5,294 nt of DNA, taken from contig CAJINV010000080.1 of the NCBI GenBank assembly GCA_905178155.1, forward strand, positions 5,782-11,075. The letters are read 5' to 3'. Of this stretch, positions 1-5,294 are shown in pieces. A model generated the notes under the pieces. That model worked only from the letters and a program-made list of their open reading frames with translations. It was not told the origin of the DNA and did not search any database. A program made the position numbers and the translations under genes. This DNA comes from Amoebophrya sp. A120 (lineage: Eukaryota > Protista > Dinoflagellata). Positions within the stretch are counted from its first letter, which is position 1; each line of letters opens with the position of its first letter.

Positions 1-475
1 AAGTCCCCCCGCAGCACTCGTGCTCCACCCAGAAAGTTGCAAAACTTCCAATCTCTGGATATACCCCTTTAAAAATTTCCTTTTCCTCGCATTACCCCGA
101 CAACTCCCCAGTTACTCTCGTGAAATTTTTGCCCAGAATACGAAGCCGAGATCCCCATTGAAAAGTTCTAGACTCTTTGCTCCCCAGGTATTTCCTTCAA
201 GATTCCCCCCGCCCGCAGTACCCAGCTCCAGAGAACATACATGTGTGTACCCTCTTCAAAATTTGATTTCCTCATCGAGTTTTTTTTGTACCCGGTACGA
301 AAATTGCAAACTTCATTTCCCCAAGTTGCTCTTCGAAAGTTGAAGTTTTTCCCGTCACTACCTGGACCCCAACATTTTTTTACGCTTCGAGTTTTTCTAT
401 TGACCCCTACCCGTATCTGCATAGAAACTTTGAAGTTTTCCCCTGCGGTGTCTTGCGGACTTGCATTACCCCGGC
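1..475. repeat. Degenerate C-rich/G-poor short-motif repeat region
   Basis: Recurring motifs include GCATTACCCCG (89-99 and 463-473, identical), GAAARTTGCAAA(A)CTTC (32-48, 299-314) and TTGAAGTTTT(T)CCC (340-353, 430-443). There are also CCCGCAGYAC and many TACCC or GAAA-TTT motifs, with many C-runs on the + strand. No fixed period is visible. Confidence 0.55.
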
Positions 476-511
476 CCGGATATGAAGAGGACGAAGACCT
501 TTTGACCAGTG

Positions 512-743
512 GTCTATCGCATGAAAATCTCGAGTCAAGCTGAGGAAAAGGAAATTCTGTCATGCAGCTCCAGTGTGCAAGCACTGCGGATTCGAGCTGA
601 TGTTGTCTTGCATAGATTTGTCCTATCGGACGACAATAAGCGACGAAGAAAATTTTCATTATTTCGGACCTGTGTGAGTGTGCGTACTTAGCTGCGTGAC
701 AGTTTTCAGGCGTAGCTTGAAGCGAAATTTTGTTACCATACAG
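512..743. repeat. Palindromic unit U1 (diverged, B-like right end)
   Basis: The left arm at 512-568 reads GTCTATCGCATGAAAATCTCGAGTCAAGC...CTGTCATGCAGC. The right arm at 691-743 reads GCTGCGTGACAG...GCTTGAAGCGAAATTTTGTTACCATACAG. Confidence 0.7.
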
Positions 744-805
744 CCAGTGGGGCAGACGGGTTACCATATGTTCCGGGGTGTGAGTGGAAAACCGCGCCAG
801 CACGA

Positions 806-1034
806 GTCTATCTCAGCAAAAACATTTTGCGCTTGCGGTCAGGCCAAATTTGTGTTGCACTTTTTGCATATATTTATTTGGGGAGGCGTCGAAGAAGAAT
901 TTGTTGCGGCATGCGTAATTCTGTTTACTGAAGCGTCACATTCTGTTGAAACGAAAAGACCCCTTCTGCTTTGTGAAATAACGACTTCAATGCAACACAG
1001 TTTTGTCGTAGCACTGGATTTTGCTTGCATACAG
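806..1034. repeat. Palindromic unit U2 (diverged, B-like right end)
   Basis: The left arm at 806-859 reads GTCTATCTCAGCAAAA...TGTGTTGCA. The right arm at 991-1034 reads TGCAACACAG...GATTTTGCTTGCATACAG. Confidence 0.65.
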
Positions 1035-1291
1035 AGTAAAAAGGACGACGACGACCAGGAAATCCTTTTCAAGGAAGTGCGTGGGCGTGCCATTCGTTAT
1101 TACGGTTTAAGTATTTTCATGGGAAACGGACTGGGATCTACCAAAGTACAAGAAACCCCCGATTTGGACCGATGGTTGATGCGTATGTCATTTTTTTAGC
1201 GGATATTGAGACACAGTTAGTTGGACACTGACATAGAATTATCTACCGCCATAATTATCAAGAGCCTATAACTTAAACTTATGTAAGTCGA

Positions 1292-1700
1292 CGCACGTTT
1301 CCGGGCCTCCTAACCGAAACGCTTTGTGGCCGCGCAGAACGGGAGCTCGCTGCGCCTCTGTGTGCAGTGAGCTGAACCTGCGTGCGCTGGATGAAAATGG
1401 ACCGTCGAATCGCCGGGAGCTTACCGCACTGCAGCTAGCTCCCGCGCGTACCGAACCAAACGGCCCGTCGCGCCAACGGGGGCTTCCTGCACTATTTTCA
1501 GCATGGAGCACCTGTGGATGGCGCGGAAACCAAATGAGACCTCCGTCGAATCACCGGAAGCTCGCTCCACACTGATGTGCAGTGGGCATCCGCGTGTACC
1601 GATCCAACGGACGGTCAATAACTCGCCGGGGGCCCACTGCACAGTCATGGGCCTTCGCGCGGATAGAGCCAAACTGTACCTCACTGCAGCGATCACATCA
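1292..1700. repeat. GC-rich degenerate tandem array of 5-6 hairpin-forming units of about 70 bp
   Basis: The motif CGGRRGCY recurs at about 1340, 1414, 1477, 1555 and 1627. Units share CCGCGYGTACCGAWCCAA(A)CGG and CCGTCGAATCRCCGG. One unit has a perfect 12-bp inverted repeat, TGTGCAGTGGGC (1576-1587) / GCCCACTGCACA (1632-1643). A partial sixth unit starts near 1650. Confidence 0.75.
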
Positions 1701-1931
1701 GAAGTACAACTGGCCACGTCCTTTCGATATAGTAGTGAGTAACCAATTATAATCTTCACTTCCACGACCTGGGCCTGAGCGTCACGTCCCCCGGGAAACC
1801 GAAACGAAAGGGCTGTAAAGCAGTCGCGACAAGGAAGACGTTGCTGCGGTTGGGTTTGGTGCGGACGCTGATCGCCGGCTGGGAACATACGAGTTTACTT
1901 CGACGCCGTACTTCGAAGGTAATTCCAATTT

Positions 1932-2186
1932 ATCTACCACAGAAAAACTCTGAGTCAAGGCAAGTTTCTTGATTGAATCTGTGACGCATCAATTTACAGT
2001 GCAGATCAGGGGTTTCATTTTATGTACGTCAGTGCTTCAACAGAAGCAGGTGGTAGTGGCGCCCAACGCCTCCTGTAGATTAGATGAAAGGCGAATAGAG
2101 TTTTTCTTTGTTGATTGCTGGCATGGGAGGGTGAACCTCACAGTCTTTTGCGTCTTGACTTGACTGGAGTTTTTGCTGTCATAGAG
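1932..2186. repeat. Palindromic unit U3 (type A ends, diverged interior)
   Basis: The left arm at 1932-1987 reads ATCTACCACAGAAAAACTCTGAGTCAAG...AATCTGTGACGC. The right arm at 2136-2186 reads CCTCACAG...TTGACTTGACTGGAGTTTTTGCTGTCATAGAG. Confidence 0.8.
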
Positions 2187-2680
2187 CCTGTAGTTGCGGT
2201 TCTGGGTAAGAACGTAGAGCATGCCGGCCCAGGAGCATTGTCGAAGCAGAAACAGTCTATCATATGAAAATTCTGAGTCAGCGTCGAAGCTGTGATACAA
2301 TTTCCGCAATTTTTCGAAAGAGCACAACTCAGAGCCAGGGCGGCTGTCCTACGCTCTTATTCTGACACTTTGGACATCTTGAGTTTGTCATGCCAATTCC
2401 ACGAAACTAACCAGAATTGCATCAGAGCTTCGGCTTGACTCAGGACTTTCTTTGCTTCCATACAGCGTAACAACCGAAGCAGCCCCGGACCGTCGCACCA
2501 CACACAGGTAGTGAATTGATCTGGTACAGCATATCTTTTTATTTGCCCGGCTTGCACTCATGGCTAGCGCGCCGCTCGATCCCTTTTTGTCATGCCGCGC
2601 CCAGCTTTCATTTCGTTTTTTTCTTTTTGCCCGGCTTGCTATCATGGCTTGCGCGCCGCGACTTGATTTGTCATTTTTTT
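2171..2680 (+). repeat. Direct segmental duplication of about 510 bp, copy 1 (A-to-B linker, unit U4 at 2255-2465, GCGCGCC mini-repeats)
   Basis: This segment aligns with 3506-4034 at roughly 90% identity by eye, with an offset of 1332 across the B unit. The ORF track gives near-identical peptides (MCSFEKLRKLYHSFDADSEFSYDRLFLL) from both copies. Confidence 0.95.
2542..2659 (+). repeat. 34-bp GCGCGCC mini-repeat, 2 copies separated by a T-rich spacer
   Basis: TTTGCCCGGCTTGCWNTCATGGCTWGCGCGCCGC occurs at 2542-2575 and 2626-2659. Confidence 0.85.
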
Positions 2681-2720
2681 GCTTGCGCGCGCGCTACAGG
2701 TGCGTCGTACTTCGGAAAAA

Positions 2721-2914
2721 GTCTATCACAGCAAAACCTTGAGTCAAGTCATCCCGAAATCTGCGATGCGGTTTGTACTGAGCACTTTCTCCATGCATCT
2801 GAGGCCGTCTGGTATTTGATATGATGTTCTAAAAGATCCGACTGTCATGCTCAGGTATAAAGGCATCACAGGTTAGTCAGCTTTGATTTGACTCCAGATT
2901 TTGCTGTCATAGAG
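2721..2914. repeat. Palindromic unit U5 (type A)
   Basis: The arms lie at 2721-2769 and 2863-2914. The interior CATGCATCTGANGCCGTCTG..TTGATATGATGTTCT..TGTCATGCTCAGG is shared with U9 and partly with U7. Confidence 0.85.
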
Positions 2915-2983
2915 CCTGCAAGAGCGGTTCTGGAACACGTGCAGTATACCGCTCAGGGAGGATCATTGTGGGAGTAAGTAGCA

Positions 2984-3189
2984 GTCTATGCAATGCAAAC
3001 TCTTGGTCAGCTTCTTCAAAACTGTGATGCAAATCCGGTCGTTTTGCAAAGGAAAAGAATACAACTCCTAGCACGTAGAAAGACTCTGTGCTCGCTCTTC
3101 CTGTGAATCTTAGATTCGAATTTTTTATGCCTAGTACACCATCATTGCATCACTGCTTTGACCAGGCGCAGGATTGTCCCTCCATACAG
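2984..3189. repeat. Palindromic unit U6 (type B, diverged)
   Basis: The arms lie at 2984-3030 and 3147-3189. The unit is followed by the B-type flank ATACAGCGTAGAAACC and has the interior motif ACAACTC, as in U4 and U8. Confidence 0.75.
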
Positions 3190-3301
3190 CGTAGAAACCC
3201 GCCAACCCCACCGAGCTGTCGCACCAGCCCGCCCAGTTGTCATTTCTCTCTGCCTCTGCTTGCATTTCGCTCCAGGTGGGTTCGCCATAGCGCAAAAGAA
3301 A

Positions 3302-3521
3302 TTCTATCACAGCAAAACTCTGAGGCAAGTCAACCTGAAATCTGTGATGCAGTTTGTGGCACGGTGCCCGCGCATGTGAAGGCGCGTGATGTGTCCCGCC
3401 GGCGGAAGATGATTGCTGCCTTTCTCATATGATGTTCCACACGACCGAACTGTCATGTAGCGGTGTCACAGTCTATTCATTGTTTGGCCTTGGGTTGGCT
3501 CGGGATTTTGCTGTCATAGAG
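3302..3521. repeat. Palindromic unit U7 (type A)
   Basis: The arms lie at 3302-3350 and 3463-3521. The interior contains ATATGATGTTC..ACTGTCATG, as in U5 and U9. Confidence 0.8.
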
Positions 3522-4034
3522 CCCGTAGTTGCGGTTCTGGGTAACGGGGAGCATGCCGGCCCGGGAGCATCGTCCAAGCAGAAACAGTCTATCATATGAA
3601 AATTCTGAGTCAGCGTCGAAGCTGTGATACAATTTCCGCAATTTTTCGAAAGAGCACAACTCAGAGCCAGGGCGGCTATCCTACGCTCTTGTTCTGACAC
3701 TTTAGAAATCTTGAATTTGTCATGCCAATTTCACGAAACTAACCAGCATTGCGTCAGAGCTTCAACTTGACTCAGGACTTTCTTTGCTTCCATACAGCGT
3801 AACAATCGAAGCAGCCCCGGACCGTCGCACCACACACAGGTAGGAGATTGATCTGGTACAGAATATCTTTTGTTCTTCGTTTTCATCTTTTTATTTGCCC
3901 GGCTTGCTCTCATGGCTAGCGCGCCGCTCGATCCCGTTTTGTCATGCCGCGCCCAGCTTGTATTTCGTTTTTTCTTCTTTTTGCCCGGCTTGCTATCATG
4001 GCTTGCGCGCCGCGACTTGATTTGTCATTTTTTT
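3506..4034 (+). repeat. Direct segmental duplication, copy 2 (includes unit U8 at 3587-3797)
   Basis: This segment aligns with 2171-2680 and carries an extra T-rich insertion of about 20 bp near 3868-3890. Confidence 0.95.
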
Positions 4035-4074
4035 GTCATTCTTTTGCCCGGCTCGCATTCATGGCTCGCGCGCC
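3894..4074 (+). repeat. 34-bp GCGCGCC mini-repeat, 3 copies
   Basis: Copies lie at 3894-3927, 3980-4013 and 4043-4074. The third copy is diverged (TTTGCCCGGCTCGCATTCATGGCTCGCGCGCC). Confidence 0.85.
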
Positions 4075-4157
4075 ATTACCTAGTGTGTATCTATTTTTTT
4101 GCGCCGCGCAAAGCTCACTACAGGTAGAGGTACAAGTACGCCAGACTTCGGGAAAAA

Positions 4158-4375
4158 GTCTATCACAGCAAAACCCCGAATCAAATCAACCAGAAATCTG
4201 TGATGCAGTTTGTAGCACTTGATCCATGCATCTGATGCCGTCTGATGTTTCGTGCAGAAGTAGGCTTGGTGCTTTTGATATGATGTTCTGAAAGACCTCG
4301 GTGTCATGCTCAGGCGATCAGGCATCACAGTTCTTTTGCTTTGATTTGACTCGACATTTTTTTGCTGGCATAGAG
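4158..4375. repeat. Palindromic unit U9 (type A)
   Basis: The arms lie at 4158-4206 and 4322-4375. The unit is preceded by ACTTCGG(G)AAAAA, as is U5. Confidence 0.85.
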
Positions 4376-4447
4376 CCTGCACGAGCGGTTTCATTGGGGA
4401 ACGTTAAGCATATCTATCGCCCCGGGAGCGTCGTTGCAGGAATAGCA

Positions 4448-4644
4448 GTCTATGCCATGCAAATTTTGAGTCAGTGTCAAAATCGTGATGCAATTTCGGC
4501 CACCGTTCAAAAGTACTAGCGAAGGTCATTTCAATATGTTTGTGCTATGAGTACACTTAGACTGAAATTTGTCATGCGAGAAGGTGCACGAAACGAAAAC
4601 TGCGTCACAACTTGGACCTGGCTCAGGATTTTGCTTCTACACAG
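4448..4644. repeat. Palindromic unit U10 (type B)
   Basis: The arms lie at 4448-4491 and 4602-4644. The interior reads AATTTGTCATGC..CACGAAACGAAAACTGCGTCAC and the flank reads CAGCGTAAAAACCGAAG. Confidence 0.8.
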
Positions 4645-4747
4645 CGTAAAAACCGAAGAGGCTTGCAGGAGCGGCCAGAGAGCCTTGCAGGAGCGGTTCC
4701 GGGTAACGTGAAGTGACCGCCTCTGGAGTATCGTGGCGGTAGAAGCA

Positions 4748-4972
4748 GTCTATCCCATTCAAAATTCTGAACCGGCGTCGAATTCGTGGCGCAGTAGCAA
4801 TTTCGGCCGTTTTGATTTTCCAAAAGGCTGTAGCACCCAGCAGCTTATAAAGAGGCTGCTGCTGCCTGTCACTGTCTAGAGCCAGATTGGAAATGCAATT
4901 TGTCATGCTAAGCGCGAGAAACGAAAACTGCGTCACAGCTTCGGCCTTGCTCAGGATTTTCCTTTCATACAG
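4748..4972. repeat. Palindromic unit U11 (type B)
   Basis: The arms lie at 4748-4792 and 4930-4972. The interior AATTTGTCATGC..GAAACGAAAACTGCGTCACA is shared with U10, and the flank reads ATACAGCGTAAAAACC. Confidence 0.8.
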
Positions 4973-5126
4973 CGTAAAAACCCAATCAGCTCCGGGGCGT
5001 CGGGCGATGAACATAATCAGGTATTACTCCATTGTGCTGCAACATGTCGTAGCTTTGTTTTTTACCTTTTTGCCCATACGCAAGAAAGTTAGACTATAAT
5101 GTGTCCCTCCGGCGTCAGAAGAGGGG

Positions 5127-5294
5127 AGAGAGGCCGTGTCTCCACCCTGAAACGCACTATGCGCAAGAAGTAGACGGTAATCTGTAAGACCATTGGCAGG
5201 GAAGAGAGGCCGTGTCTCTACCCTGAAACGCACTATGCGCAAGAAGTAGACGGTAATCTGTAAGACCATTGGCAGGGAAGAGAGGCCGTGTCTC
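5127..5294 (+). repeat. Near-perfect 76-bp tandem repeat, 2.2 copies, running off the window end
   Basis: AGAGAGGCCGTGTCTC starts at 5127, 5203 and 5279, a period of 76. Copies 1 and 2 differ at one position (TCTCC vs TCTCT). Confidence 0.95.

Larger units (their letters stand above)
512..4972. repeat. Array of 11 degenerate palindromic (inverted-repeat-bounded) units with a basic spacing of about 260-320 bp, interrupted at 1035-1931
   Basis: The left-arm motif recurs at 512, 806, 1932, 2255, 2721, 2984, 3302, 3587, 4158, 4448 and 4748. Its reverse complement (GCRTCACAG..TTGACTC..TTTTGCT..CATASAG) ends at 743, 1034, 2186, 2465, 2914, 3189, 3521, 3797, 4375, 4644 and 4972. Confidence 0.9.

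Noticed and set aside
168-803. 211-aa ORF on the - strand and the other overlapping ORFs
   Set aside because: They have no recognisable motifs, overlap repeats and each other, and homologous repeat copies do not preserve the frames.
678-1199. 173-aa ORF on the + strand
   Set aside because: It has no recognisable domain and a GTG start, and it runs through the U1 right arm and all of U2. It is probably a chance ORF, although a BLASTp or HMM hit would overturn this.
1239-1938. 9-bp direct repeat TTATCTACC (1239-1247, 1930-1938) as a target-site duplication around the GC-rich insert
   Set aside because: There are no terminal inverted repeats inside it. The segment near 1903-1916 (CGTACTTCG) matches the normal pre-A linker at 2706-2714, so the boundary does not fit. 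The first copy may be a decayed arm remnant.
2745-2777. Minus-strand 'RIADFGMT' resembling a kinase DFG motif
   Set aside because: It is immediately followed by a stop and is not conserved in sister arms (ITDFRL, ITDFWL). No other kinase motifs are present.
2542-4074. CRISPR-like appearance of the 34-bp repeats with spacers
   Set aside because: The repeats are degenerate with only 2-3 per cluster. The spacers are low-complexity, of uneven length and duplicated between clusters, and no cas genes are present in the window.
2720-4214. Repeated peptide (S/I)LSQQNxExxxPEICDAVC in three ORFs, suggesting a repeat protein
   Set aside because: This is the translation of the A left arm. Substitutions are a mix of synonymous and non-synonymous, and indels and stops follow in different places in each copy.
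1570-4930. Hammerhead ribozyme in the repeat units (CTGA and CGAAAC motifs)
   Set aside because: I found no CTGANGA core correctly placed with stem II and GAAA on either strand by eye.
1932-4972. RAG/Transib recombination signal (CACAG heptamer-like plus A-rich nonamer-like) or integron attC sites
   Set aside because: There is no CACAGTG-12/23-ACAAAAACC arrangement in the right orientation. There are no RYYYAAC/GTTRRRY boxes and no cassette ORFs between the palindromes.
5127-5294. 76-bp unit as a tRNA or CRISPR array
   Set aside because: There is no T-loop GTTCRA, D-loop or 7-bp acceptor stem. The whole unit is repeated, so there are no unique spacers.

Overview
This window appears to be non-coding, and I can support no protein or RNA gene in it. 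The listed ORFs are short, overlap on both strands and mostly translate repeats. It is dominated by a degenerate array of 11 inverted-repeat-bounded units of about 195-255 bp (512-1034 and 1932-4972). Each unit has a 45-55 bp left arm (approx. GTCTATCACAGCAAAANYCTGAGTCAAG..GAAATCTGTGATGC) and its reverse complement as the right arm. From 1932 onward two unit types (A and B) alternate with type-specific linkers. Some units show compensatory base changes between their two arms. Other repeat families are a recent ~510 bp duplication (2171-2680 / 3506-4034), a 34-bp GCGCGCC mini-repeat, a GC-rich array of ~70-bp hairpins (~1292-1700), a C-rich degenerate repeat at the 5' end and a near-perfect 76-bp tandem repeat at the 3' end. 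The source organism cannot be determined from the sequence. The lack of genes fits eukaryotic or large-DNA-virus repeat regions better than typical prokaryotic DNA, which is an inference. All alignments were done by eye.
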